A DNA stretch of 64,000 nt. Origin: an uncultured bacterium (GTDB lineage Bacteria > Bipolaricaulota > Bipolaricaulia > UBA7950 > UBA9294). The position numbers were made by a program, and so were the translations under genes. Under the pieces are notes generated by a model. The model had not been told where the DNA came from and did no database searches. It saw only the letters and a program-made list of their open reading frames with translations. Below, piece after piece: positions 39,997 to 49,178 of this stretch (position 1 is its first letter; every line of letters starts with the position of its first letter). Where the stretch lies: contig CAIOGO010000009.1 in the NCBI GenBank assembly GCA_903857865.1, forward strand, positions 5,396-69,395. The letters run 5' to 3'.

Positions 39997-40760
39997 GGAT
40001 GACGACCGGGCGGCGCGCCGTCCAGGGAATGGGCGTCGTCCTTGGCCTGTTCGGCGTCACCGGGATCGGCATGACGCACATTCTCTTCCCGGGTCTTCAC
40101 TGCTACGCCTGCCCGTGGGCCATCACGGTCTGTCCGGTGGGTCTTGTTCAGAACCTCGTGATCTTCGGCACCGTGCCCTTCTTCTGGGTGGGCGCCATGA
40201 TCGTCTACGGCGTGGTTGCGGCGCGCGGCTTTTGCGGTTGGTTCTGTCCTTTCGGGACGTTGAACGACCTGCTCTCGTTTCGTCGGGCGCGCATTCGGTC
40301 CTCCCTCTCCTACGGCAAGTTCCTGATCCTCCTCGGGACGCTCGTTGGGGCGTGGGCGCTCACTGACACGATCTTCTGCAAGCTCTGCCCCGCTGCGTCG
40401 CTCGAAGCCTCCCTGCCGTACCTGTTCCTTGGCGTGGCCAAGGTGAATGGCCCCTTCCTCATCCACATGGCGACGCTCGGCGCAACGCTCCTCGGCATGG
40501 TCCTCATCGCTCGTTTCTGGTGCCGCTATCTCTGTCCGATGGGCGCCATCCTCGCCCTGTTCAACCGCGTGAGTCTGCTCCACCTGGAGTGGAACCGCAC
40601 CGAGTGCACCGGCTGCGAGACGTGCGTCGACGCTTGCCCGATGGGCATCGACCCGCGGCAGGAACACGATGGGCACAACTGCATCAAGTGCGGCGCGTGC
40701 ACTGAGTCGTGTGTTCCGGACTCGCTCAAACTCCGCTGCGGGCCAAGGAAGGCGAAGTGA
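39993..40760 (+). CDS. Membrane 4Fe-4S binding protein (NapH/MauN-like)
   Basis: CGWFCP, CKLCP, CRYLCP, and two CxxCxxCxxxC ferredoxin motifs. Confidence 0.9.
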   Translation: MRMTTGRRAVQGMGVVLGLFGVTGIGMTHILFPGLHCYACPWAITVCPVGLVQNLVIFGTVPFFWVGAMIVYGVVAARGFCGWFCPFGTLNDLLSFRRARIRSSLSYGKFLILLGTLVGAWALTDTIFCKLCPAASLEASLPYLFLGVAKVNGPFLIHMATLGATLLGMVLIARFWCRYLCPMGAILALFNRVSLLHLEWNRTECTGCETCVDACPMGIDPRQEHDGHNCIKCGACTESCVPDSLKLRCGPRKAK

Positions 40761-41545
40761 TCTCCTACTTGGTCCTTGGCCTCATCCAGGGTTTGACGGA
40801 GTTCCTGCCGGTCTCAAGCTCCGGCCATCTGGTCCTTGCAGAAAGGCTCTTCGGCCTCACCTCGCCCGGACTCGTGTTCGAAGCCTGTCTTCATCTTGGG
40901 ACGGTGGCGGCGATTCTCGTGTTCTTCCGCTCGGACCTTGCGGCGCTCGCTCGCGCGCTCACGCCGCGCGGGGACATCGGCCGACGCAAGGAAATCGGGC
41001 TCCTTCTCCTCGGCACCGTGCCGATCGTGGTCGTCGGCCTCGTCTTGCGCGGATCGGCGAACAGCTGGTTTCACTCGCTGTGGGTGGTCGGCGTCGGCTG
41101 GATGGCGACGGCGGGCATGCTCCTCCTGGCGGATCGTCGTGCCTGCCCGTCAGGCGCAGCTCAGCCTTCCGTTGCCGGCGCTCTCGCGATGGGTGTGGCG
41201 CAATCCGCGGCGCTCGTGCCTGGCGTGTCCCGGAGTGGATTCACCATCGGTGCGGGGATGCTCGCCGGGGTTCGCCCGGAGCGCGCGGCGCGCTTCTCGT
41301 TCCTTCTCTCCATCCCGGCTGTCGTGGGTGCGGCGGGACTCACTCTCTGGGACGGTTTGCAGGAACACGCTCTCGGCGACTCGAACGTCCTTGGGATCCT
41401 CCTCGGGGCGGCCGCCGCGTTCCTCGTCGGACTTCTGGCGCTGCGCGCCTTTCTCTCGCTCCTGGCGCGGACGCGATTGTGGCCGTTCGCCCTCTACTGC
41501 GCCGCGCTTTCGGTGACGGCGCTCCTCCTCGCTGCTCTGCGCTGA
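40757..41545 (+). CDS. uppP: Undecaprenyl-diphosphate phosphatase
   Basis: QGLTEFLPVSSSGH, PGVSRSG, and FSFLLSIPA. Confidence 0.95.
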   Translation: MISYLVLGLIQGLTEFLPVSSSGHLVLAERLFGLTSPGLVFEACLHLGTVAAILVFFRSDLAALARALTPRGDIGRRKEIGLLLLGTVPIVVVGLVLRGSANSWFHSLWVVGVGWMATAGMLLLADRRACPSGAAQPSVAGALAMGVAQSAALVPGVSRSGFTIGAGMLAGVRPERAARFSFLLSIPAVVGAAGLTLWDGLQEHALGDSNVLGILLGAAAAFLVGLLALRAFLSLLARTRLWPFALYCAALSVTALLLAALR

Positions 41546-41550
41546 GCCCT

Positions 41551-42444
41551 TCAGGGCATCGTCTTCGTGACGACGAAAATGACGGCGGCGACGAGGGACA
41601 GTGCGACCAGGAGCACGGCGATCGTGGATGCGGCGCTCGGCTGCAACGGAGGCAGAGGACTCACAATAGGGGACGGTAGAGCGAGATCGGGAAGCGCATT
41701 CAGGAGCGTCGGATCCCCCGCCGTGCGGGAGACGACGACGAAGCGATCGATGATGTAGTTGCCTCTCGACCCTTTGTCAAGCGTCGTGCGCAGGCCTGTC
41801 GGGCTCGTCGTGTCGGGATTGTAGGGATCGACGATCGCGTACGTGGTCCCCACCTTCCCTGTCAGGACCACCCAGTGGCAGTCCTCGGTCTGGGACGACC
41901 CGCTGCGGCAGGCTGAGTTCCAGTGCACGCCGGCAACGATCGGGTTCCCTTGGCGCAGCGCGTGGTCGATGATGACGGCGGCCACGGGGTTCAGCCCGAC
42001 GTTGCTGCGGTTCGTGTGGAAACTCAGCGCCACGCCCTTGGGCAGGTTGCTCCACTCCAAGCAGCATGAGCCGAGCGGATCCTGCGAGCACCCCCCATAC
42101 CCGCGGCGGGCACGGAGCCAGTCATTGAGGATTCGAGGATCCATGCCCTGTTCCACGCTGCCGGTGGACGAGTGGGCCGCGGGGATCGTGAGAACGATCT
42201 CATCGTAGGAGAGCACGGCCGAGAACGCCGTGATCAGGCAGCCCGTGCCGCGAATTCGGTCGGGGCAGCCGTCCGTCCCTAGGGCGCAATCGCCCCAGGC
42301 TCCGGGACCGCTCGTGTACGCCTGGTTGAACGACGGCATGGCGTGCGGCAGCGCGATGGATTCCGCGTGTGCGGCGACGGATCCGAGACAAGCGACGAGG
42401 ACAAGCGCGGCGAGAGCCGTGCGGAACGGCAGACTGCGGTTCAA
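41551..42444 (-). CDS. Secreted, C-terminally anchored C39-like cysteine peptidase
   Basis: TTG start after GAGGTG. Signal peptide, GC(L), HWVV and VDP catalytic pattern, Pro-rich linker and C-terminal TM helix. Confidence 0.75.
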   Translation of the reverse strand: MNRSLPFRTALAALVLVACLGSVAAHAESIALPHAMPSFNQAYTSGPGAWGDCALGTDGCPDRIRGTGCLITAFSAVLSYDEIVLTIPAAHSSTGSVEQGMDPRILNDWLRARRGYGGCSQDPLGSCCLEWSNLPKGVALSFHTNRSNVGLNPVAAVIIDHALRQGNPIVAGVHWNSACRSGSSQTEDCHWVVLTGKVGTTYAIVDPYNPDTTSPTGLRTTLDKGSRGNYIIDRFVVVSRTAGDPTLLNALPDLALPSPIVSPLPPLQPSAASTIAVLLVALSLVAAVIFVVTKTMP

Positions 42445-43163
42445 AGGATCACCTCTCGGACATCGACGGCCCTCGGAAACGCGAACAGCGGGACGACATT
42501 GCCTGGAAGCGGCGTCCCCTCGGGGCGAACCCACGCGGTGGCCAGCCCGGCCGCATGCGCGCCAAGGACATCCATCTCGTACGAGTCGCCGACGAACAGC
42601 GCCGTGGGCGCACGCGCGCCGAGGCGGTCCAGCAAGACGGCAAACGCGCGAGGATCCGGCTTGTAGACGTCGACGTCGCCGGCAACGACCACCGCGTCGA
42701 AGTGATGCTCGATGTGCAGAGAGCGGATCTTCTCCCATTGGCCATCGGCGAGCCCGTTCGTGAGAAGGCCGAGCCCGTAGCCCGCGGCGCGAAGGTCGAA
42801 CAAGAGCTCGCGGGTGCCGTCGAACAGGCGAACGCCGTTCGCGCGGCGGACGGCCCCGTACTTGGCGGCGATCCGCACGGCGAGTCCATCGGCGGAGAGG
42901 CCCCGTTCCGTCAAGAGCCGTCGCCAAACAGCCAAGCGTAGCTCGTCGGTCGACCCGGCGTCGCGCTCAAGGGCCACCCAGAGCGCGTCGTAGCGAGAGG
43001 CAAGGTCACGCACCGACCCGAACGGCTCGAGCGAGAGCCGGAGGCGATCGAAGGTCACCGCCACCACGCCGGCAGTCGACAGCGGATAGTACGAGAGCGT
43101 GTGATCGAGGTCGAAGAGAATGTGGGAGAACGTCCGCTGGCCTGTCATCAGTTGATCGACCAC
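42441..43163 (-). CDS. HAD family hydrolase
   Basis: FDLDHTL, TNG, KPDP, and VGDSYEMD. Confidence 0.9.
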   Translation of the reverse strand: MVDQLMTGQRTFSHILFDLDHTLSYYPLSTAGVVAVTFDRLRLSLEPFGSVRDLASRYDALWVALERDAGSTDELRLAVWRRLLTERGLSADGLAVRIAAKYGAVRRANGVRLFDGTRELLFDLRAAGYGLGLLTNGLADGQWEKIRSLHIEHHFDAVVVAGDVDVYKPDPRAFAVLLDRLGARAPTALFVGDSYEMDVLGAHAAGLATAWVRPEGTPLPGNVVPLFAFPRAVDVREVIL

Positions 43164-43245
43164 GCCCCCTCTCTTATCCTCTTCCCATGCCGTGGCAAAG
43201 AGAGCGATCTTAGCCCACGCGGTTCCGTGCCTTCAAGGAGAGCTC

Positions 43246-43839
43246 ATGCGGATCATCGGCGGAGAACGGCGCGGCCGGAGGCTGGTCGAGTGGGACGACT
43301 CGGCCATACGGCCGATGCGCGACTTCGTGCGTACGGCTCTCTTCAACATCCTCTGCGACTTCGTTCCCGACGCCGCCTTCCTCGACCTCTTCTGCGGGAC
43401 GGGCAGCGTCGGCCTTGAGGCGCTGTCACGCGGCGCGCGGTCCTGTACGTTCGTCGACCGCTCGCCGGACGCCTGTGGCATTGTGCGGAGAAATCTCGAC
43501 CTATTGGACTTCCTCCCCCGCGGCGAGGTCATCCGAGGCGATGCCTTTGGGACCTTGGAGACCCTGCGACAGGTGGGGCGGCGGTTCGATCTCGTGTTCG
43601 TCGGCCCGCCGTACTACAAGGAGCTCGTTCCGCGGGCGCTCGAGGCGCTCGGCGACGGCGCTCTCCTGGGCAGCGATCCTGTGGTCGTGGCTGAGATCCA
43701 CAGCACCGAGTCGATCGCCGAAGCGGTCGGGGAACTGTCCCTCGTCGATCGGCGGCGGTACGGGGACAACCAGCTTTGGCTCTACCGCACGGCCGGCGGC
43801 TCGGATGACGCGGCCGCGGGAGGAGGAGACGAATCATGA
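43246..43839 (+). CDS. rsmD: 16S rRNA (guanine966-N2)-methyltransferase RsmD
   Basis: MRIIGGE.RGRRL, LDLFCGTGSVGLEALSRGA, GPPY (usually DPPY), and RRYG. Confidence 0.9.
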   Translation: MRIIGGERRGRRLVEWDDSAIRPMRDFVRTALFNILCDFVPDAAFLDLFCGTGSVGLEALSRGARSCTFVDRSPDACGIVRRNLDLLDFLPRGEVIRGDAFGTLETLRQVGRRFDLVFVGPPYYKELVPRALEALGDGALLGSDPVVVAEIHSTESIAEAVGELSLVDRRRYGDNQLWLYRTAGGSDDAAAGGGDES

Positions 43840-44651
43840 ACGGCGAGGCGAAGCAGGAACGACTCATTCTGATCACCAACGACGATGGGATCACCGCTCC
43901 GGGCCTTCTTGCCCTCAAGCGCAGCCTCAACTCGCTCGGTCGAACGGAAGTCTACGCTCCTGACCGGAACTGGTCGGCGGCCAGCCGAACGCGCACATTC
44001 CACAAGCCGCTTCGCGTCGATCCCGTCCCGCTGCTTGACGGCAGCGTCGGATACGCCACGAGCGGGACGCCGTCGGACTGCGTGTCGCTCGCTCTCTTGG
44101 GCCTCCTCGACCGGCGCCCAGATCTCATCGTCTCGGGCATCAACGCCGGACTCAATCTGGGGCGCGATGTCTCATACTCCGGGACCGTCGCCGCGGCGAT
44201 GGAGGGGGCACGATCGGGGGTCCCGGCTGTGGCTGTGTCGTACGACACCCTGCAGGCGCCGAGTGACGATCTTGACTACGACCGCGCTGCGGACTTCCTC
44301 CGTCGCCTAGCGGGTTTTCTCCTCGATCGTCCACCACTGCCCCCGGGCATTCTCCTCAACGTCAACGTCCCCTACTCCCCCGGCGGACGGACTCTGCGCA
44401 CCCGGTTGACACGACTCGGCGGGGAGGCGTACTCGAACTACCTCGTCACGGGGAAGGATCCCCACGGCCGTGAGTACTACTGGATCACCGGCGACCCCCT
44501 CACGGGCGCCTCCGCCGGAGGGAGCGGCACCGACATTGAGGCGATCGCCGAGGGGTACGTGTCCATCACGCCGATCCACCTCGACATGACGGAGCACGCG
44601 CTGCTCACCGAGTTGCGGCCTTGGGAGCAAGAACTCGATCTCGCGGCGTAG
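43836..44651 (+). CDS. surE: 5'/3'-nucleotidase SurE
   Basis: ITNDDG, GTPSDCV, SGINAGLNLG, YSGTV, and VSITP. Confidence 0.95.
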   Translation: MNGEAKQERLILITNDDGITAPGLLALKRSLNSLGRTEVYAPDRNWSAASRTRTFHKPLRVDPVPLLDGSVGYATSGTPSDCVSLALLGLLDRRPDLIVSGINAGLNLGRDVSYSGTVAAAMEGARSGVPAVAVSYDTLQAPSDDLDYDRAADFLRRLAGFLLDRPPLPPGILLNVNVPYSPGGRTLRTRLTRLGGEAYSNYLVTGKDPHGREYYWITGDPLTGASAGGSGTDIEAIAEGYVSITPIHLDMTEHALLTELRPWEQELDLAA

Positions 44652-44739
44652 TTGGGTCCCATGCTCCAGGTTCGTGCCCAGAACTTGTCTTTTCCGAAAG
44701 GAGAAGATAGGAAAGGGAGCGCGTTGCCATGGAGGTGTC

Positions 44740-45111
44740 GTGACGGACCAACAGGAGCGAGGACTCGTACTTCTGGTGTGCGCGGGGCTCCTCGTCGGCG
44801 GCGTCGTCCTGCTGTGGCCGAGGGCGAGGGACGCACACCCGTCGTGGGTACGTCCAATCCACGTGGCCGATGTGGTCGTCGTCGTCCCGACGTTCGTTGC
44901 AGCGGGCAAGGTGAATGTCAACACCGCGGACGCGACCGAGTTGACGAGATTGCCGGGCATCGGCGACGTGCTCGCGGCTCGCATTGTCGCGTATCGCTCG
45001 GCACACGGTCCGTTCCGTACGCTCGACGATCTCGTCGCCGTCAAAGGGATCGGCCCATCTACCCTTAGCGGATTCCGCGAGTTGGCCACCGTCAGCGACG
45101 AGGGTCAATAG
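44740..45111 (+). CDS. comEA: ComEA-family helix-hairpin-helix DNA-binding protein
   Basis: N-terminal TM helix, VNVNTA...LPGIG..LA.RIV.YR..HGPF...DDL..VKGIG. Confidence 0.88.
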   Translation: MTDQQERGLVLLVCAGLLVGGVVLLWPRARDAHPSWVRPIHVADVVVVVPTFVAAGKVNVNTADATELTRLPGIGDVLAARIVAYRSAHGPFRTLDDLVAVKGIGPSTLSGFRELATVSDEGQ

Positions 45112-46070
45112 GAGGTCGTCCTCGTGCGGTGACGCGGCGCTTCTTTGTAGCGGGGTGACTGGCCGCGGTTCCACAGGGCGATGTCGACCTCGCGTGCGGT
45201 GACGTCGTGGCCCTTCGCGCGGAGGTTCTCGACGATCAACTCCACGGCGTGCAGGGCACAGGCGCGGATCTCCACCTCATTCTCGGATCCCGCTGGGAGG
45301 AGCTCGCCGCGCGCGATGCGCTCGACGAGGTCGGGTGCGTACGCGAGGATGCCGTCAAGCTGGAGCACGTGGGGCACGAGGTTGTCGGCGAAGATGGTGA
45401 GCGCGTTCAGGTCCTCGAATTGCCCGAAGCTGCGGCCGCCGAAGGCGAGCGCGAGGTCGGAGACGAGGATCTGAGCGCGTTTGTAGAACGGGACCTCATC
45501 TCCTCGGTAGATCGAGACGTCGTGGAACAGTGGCTGCCGGTCGAGGAGCGACACGAGTCGCGCCGCGGAGGCATCGGCTTTCTCGACGAGAGCCGTGAAG
45601 GATCCGCCGAATCGGTCGTGGAGGTTGCGCCCGAGGTCATTCCACGCCTGGGCGAAGAGCGCCATCAGGTCTGCGATCGGCGGAGTCGAGAGGTCCTGGC
45701 CGAACAGCCGCGCGCATCCGGCGGGAGTGAATGCGGCCATCTCGCTTGAGGTCAAAGGCCCCTCGGTGCGAAAGCGTTCGGTCAGCGATTGAGCGATCGT
45801 GCCGTAGCCCGAGTGTCCCGGACGTTTGGCGAGGTACGGGAAGTAGCCCGACCCGAAGTTGACCGCGTCGAGCGTCACGAGGTAGGTCACGGTGTCGTAC
45901 GGCCGTCCGCGGAAGTGGAGAACGTCGTCGTAGACGGGTGTCTGGAGGGGAAGAGACGCGAGATCCCCCGCGTATCCAGCGATCGCGCTCTCCACGATGC
46001 GCACGCGCTGCGCTTGGCCGGCAACATCTCGGCAGCGCCGGCGTATGCGGTCGAACACTCCGTCCTCCAT
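45105..46070 (-). CDS. Queuosine salvage protein (DUF2419/QNG1 family)
   Basis: LDAVNFGSG, FYKRAQI, TIFADNLVPHVL, EVEIRA, and HRTRTTSY. Confidence 0.88.
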   Translation of the reverse strand: MEDGVFDRIRRRCRDVAGQAQRVRIVESAIAGYAGDLASLPLQTPVYDDVLHFRGRPYDTVTYLVTLDAVNFGSGYFPYLAKRPGHSGYGTIAQSLTERFRTEGPLTSSEMAAFTPAGCARLFGQDLSTPPIADLMALFAQAWNDLGRNLHDRFGGSFTALVEKADASAARLVSLLDRQPLFHDVSIYRGDEVPFYKRAQILVSDLALAFGGRSFGQFEDLNALTIFADNLVPHVLQLDGILAYAPDLVERIARGELLPAGSENEVEIRACALHAVELIVENLRAKGHDVTAREVDIALWNRGQSPRYKEAPRHRTRTTSY

Positions 46071-46168
46071 GAAATGAGAGTACCCGACGGACGGGCTGGA
46101 GATCGCTTCGCTGCCCGCCCCAGCCTCGATACGATGATCGGCGGGAAACGTACGCTAAGGGGGACGAC

Positions 46169-46585
46169 ATGAAGTGGATCTTGTTCGGCTGCGTTGTCGG
46201 TGGAATCGTCGGCTTGGCTCTCGGAATTCCGATGGAGACTCAGACTCATCTCGTTCCCCTAGCTGACGTAGGGGCGCTCGCCTCGGCGGCTTCGCGAACT
46301 TCGGCGGAGCTTGACGCTCGGCTCTTCGTCCTGCTTCTGCCTCGCGGCGCGGGCGCTGTCGTGCTGCGCGCGATGCCGAGGTCGGAGTGGGGGTCATTCC
46401 AGGTTCGCGCCGTCAGCTGGGAGGTCATCGAGCGCGAGATGCTGGCCGCGACCGTCGTGCAACCGGCGATCACTCCCGCCGACGCGGCCGGAATCGCGCC
46501 GGACCTGTCCGCTCTCCTCAAGCGTGCCATCAACGAGGCGAGCGGGTTCGAGGTTTTCCCCGACGTTCCCTTGCCGAACCTGTAG
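46169..46585 (+). CDS. Hypothetical exported/membrane protein
   Basis: AAGGGGG RBS and a hydrophobic N-terminus. No family recognised. Confidence 0.55.
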   Translation: MKWILFGCVVGGIVGLALGIPMETQTHLVPLADVGALASAASRTSAELDARLFVLLLPRGAGAVVLRAMPRSEWGSFQVRAVSWEVIEREMLAATVVQPAITPADAAGIAPDLSALLKRAINEASGFEVFPDVPLPNL

Positions 46586-46669
46586 GCAGGAGCGTGAAGG
46601 CAAGAGGAAAGTCGTCCGCGTCGCTTTTGCGGGCGGGACGACTCTCCTTGCTCAGCTTGGCGCGCTCCT

Positions 46670-47899
46670 TTAGTTCGAGCAGGGCTCGCAGGGCTCAGCC
46701 GGTTCGGCCGGCTCCGCCGGCTGCGCAGGCTTGGATCGTTGCGAGCGCCGGAAAGGATCGAAGTTCGGACCCAGCGGATCGGAATCCGGTCCCGGGATGT
46801 CGCCACAGCCGCAGCCGTGCTTCGACTTCCGCGATTTCATCTGCATCTGCATCTGAGACTGTAGATTGTCGAAGTGCTGGCGAGTCATCTCGGCAGCCAG
46901 GTAGTCCGGCATGCCCGAATCGACGAGCGTCTTGTAGAAGCTCGCGAAAGCCTGCGCCGTCGCCTGGACCTGCTCCGGCGAGTAGACGCTCTCGTGCATC
47001 CCGCGCATGAGGTGAGGGATCCGATCCGACACGACGTCGAGCATCTCGCGGATGCCTTCGATGCCTTCCACCTCGAGCTCCTCTGCGGCGTCGTCGAGAG
47101 CCTCCTCGCGCGCCTCCAGCTCTTCCTCGATCTGCTCCAAGCGCTCCTCCTGCCGTTCAAGACGCGTCTCCATCTCCTCTTGGGCGCGCTCGACCTTCTC
47201 ACGCTCTCGCTCGAGCTTCTCGCGCTCGCGTTCGAGGGCTTCGCGCTCTCGCTCGAGGCGCTCCCTTTCCTTCTCCAGCCTTCCCGCCGACTCCGCGCCG
47301 TTTCGCCTTTCCAGATCAACCATGTCCTCTCCTCCCTTGTCTACGCGGTGTTCACCATGCTGGGCCCAGCGCGGGCGACCCCTTTCGATGGGCGCCCGCG
47401 CCGACTCAGCGGCCTCGGCGCTGCAACTCGCGAAGCTCTCCACGAACGAACTCGCCGCGGCAGGCGGCGTCCCGGCCGCCCGCTGAATGTGAATCGCTGA
47501 CTCCATCTCTTCAGCCAGCGCGACGACGGCCGCCGTCTTGTCTCCCACGGCGCCCTCGGCCAGTCTCCACGCGTCGTTGCGGGTCATGCCCGCTTCTGTG
47601 AGGCGGCGGATGAGGGCCGCGATGGCGTCGGCGTGGGCGCGCGGGACGGACACATCCGTCCCGGCGAGGCCGGCGAGAAGGGTTCCCGCTTCCTGGCTCG
47701 AGAAGCCGTCCTCCACCAGCCGTTCGTAGAAGGCGGCGAGACTCATTGCGCGCGCGGTTGTCAGGGGTCGGTCGCCGCGGGCCGCAAGCTCGCGGACCCG
47801 CTCCTCCGCGATCCCGGCGACGCGAAGCACGGCGCCCGCTGTACCGGCGCGCTCAAGCGGCACACCCAACGTCACTGTGCGTCCTTCGGCGTCTCGCAT
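46670..47899 (-). CDS. Hypothetical coiled-coil protein with repeated FY..LV..G helical motif; probable internal start at 47323
   Basis: Open frame downstream of the anti-sigma gene, E/R-rich coiled coil, and a strong RBS (GGGAGGAG) before the ATG at 47323. Confidence 0.6.
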   Translation of the reverse strand: MRDAEGRTVTLGVPLERAGTAGAVLRVAGIAEERVRELAARGDRPLTTARAMSLAAFYERLVEDGFSSQEAGTLLAGLAGTDVSVPRAHADAIAALIRRLTEAGMTRNDAWRLAEGAVGDKTAAVVALAEEMESAIHIQRAAGTPPAAASSFVESFASCSAEAAESARAPIERGRPRWAQHGEHRVDKGGEDMVDLERRNGAESAGRLEKERERLEREREALEREREKLEREREKVERAQEEMETRLERQEERLEQIEEELEAREEALDDAAEELEVEGIEGIREMLDVVSDRIPHLMRGMHESVYSPEQVQATAQAFASFYKTLVDSGMPDYLAAEMTRQHFDNLQSQMQMQMKSRKSKHGCGCGDIPGPDSDPLGPNFDPFRRSQRSKPAQPAEPAEPAEPCEPCSN

Positions 47900-48270
47900 T
47901 CTTCCCTCCGCTGGGTTCCGACGATGCGAACGTTGTGTCCCATCACGCGCAGGCTGGCACGCACCGGGGAGCCGGGGCGCCTCGCATTCACGCCAAGTCG
48001 GAACCCAACGAGGAAGGATCCGATGTCCACGTTCGCCGTGTCGCGGAAGCCCGCCCTGGTCATCACGCGGCGCCACACGCGCTGCCGAACGCCCGGCATG
48101 CTTGCCGACGTCGCTCCAACGGCCTGGCGAACCCACACGATTTCGGCTAGCTCGAGACGGCACGCCCCGCACGATTGGACGTGCGCGGCAACCGCCCCAG
48201 CGTCGGCAACGCCGAGCTTCCCGGTGACGTACCAGGGCAACAACTCGATAGTCCTCTCGCAGTCCGTCAT
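47872..48270 (-). CDS. zf-HC2 anti-sigma factor
   Basis: C....ELLPWY...HVQSCGAC (HxxxCxxC). Coupled to the ECF sigma gene. Confidence 0.85.
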   Translation of the reverse strand: MTDCERTIELLPWYVTGKLGVADAGAVAAHVQSCGACRLELAEIVWVRQAVGATSASMPGVRQRVWRRVMTRAGFRDTANVDIGSFLVGFRLGVNARRPGSPVRASLRVMGHNVRIVGTQRREECETPKDAQ

Positions 48271-48773
48271 AGGAGTTCCTTGGCAAGGGCCTTCCGTGCG
48301 TAGAACAGGCGTGACTTCACTGTTCCCTCCGGGATGCCGAGCACGGCGGCCGCGTCAGCCAGGCTCATCTCTTCGAAGAAGACGAGGTGAAGCACTTCTT
48401 GCTGCTCCGGACTCAGCGTCTGCAGCGCCCGCGTGACGCGCACGTCAATCTCTGCCGCCTCGGCCGGATCGGGCTCCCCCTTAGGGTCCTCGGGAAGCCG
48501 TTCCCCCTTCTTTTCGCGACGGAGAAGACTGTGCGCTTGGTTTCGTGCGATGCCCAGAATCCACGTCGTGGCCTTCGACGCGCCACGGAAACTCGCGGCG
48601 TTCTTCCATACGGTGAGCATGGTCTCTTGCAGCACCTCCTCAGCGAGATGGGCGTTGCGCACGAGCGAGATCGAGAAGCGGTAGACCCGCTCGGCATGTC
48701 GGTCGTACAGCTCGCGGAACGCCTGTCGATCCGCTCGGCCGACGGCGCGCAGCAAGGCTTCATCGGTCTTCAC
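48267..48773 (-). CDS. ECF RNA polymerase sigma factor
   Basis: AFRELYDRH, AEEVLQE, TWILGIARN, and GIPEGTVKSRL. Confidence 0.93.
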   Translation of the reverse strand: MKTDEALLRAVGRADRQAFRELYDRHAERVYRFSISLVRNAHLAEEVLQETMLTVWKNAASFRGASKATTWILGIARNQAHSLLRREKKGERLPEDPKGEPDPAEAAEIDVRVTRALQTLSPEQQEVLHLVFFEEMSLADAAAVLGIPEGTVKSRLFYARKALAKELL

Positions 48774-48938
48774 GCGTTGTCCCTCATCGCGTCGTCAACT
48801 CCTCCGACTTCGTTCTTCTACTGCATGAGTGCCCGACCGGGCGCGTTCGGTTCATCGCCGGTGCCGCGGTGTCTCTCCGGCCGAAGGCACGATGTGGGCG
48901 GGGTCGTCCCTGCCGCAATGGTCCGGCCCCAGCTGGGC

Positions 48939-49178
48939 CTACCCCCCTCCGACAGGGGGGAACAGGGCGACGCGGTCGCCGTCGGCCAAGCGTACGGCGC
49001 GATCATGGTGGATCCGCCCGTTGACGATCGCGAGGTGCACGAGATCCGGCTGGATCCCAAGATGCGAGAGAAGGTCGGAGAGCGTCGCTCCTTCTGCCAG
49101 CGGCACGGAGAGCGCGTCGCCGGACGAGCGGACCGACTCAGCGCGGAGTCCGGCGTAGAGTCGAACCTCGATGTTCAT
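48939..49178 (-). CDS. moaD: MoaD/ThiS sulfur carrier
   Basis: VRLYAGLR, IVNG, and DGDRVALFPPVGGG with C-terminal GG. Confidence 0.88.
   Translation of the reverse strand: MNIEVRLYAGLRAESVRSSGDALSVPLAEGATLSDLLSHLGIQPDLVHLAIVNGRIHHDRAVRLADGDRVALFPPVGGG

Noticed and set aside
47090-47280. Repetitive (ctcgcg/ctct) DNA that looks like a repeat array
   Set aside because: It is explained by the E/R-rich coiled-coil codons. There are no fixed repeat-spacer units, so it is not CRISPR.
47900-48286. 538-aa ORF starting at 48286
   Set aside because: Its 5' part overlaps the anti-sigma gene in another frame. Plausible starts are 47899 or 47323.
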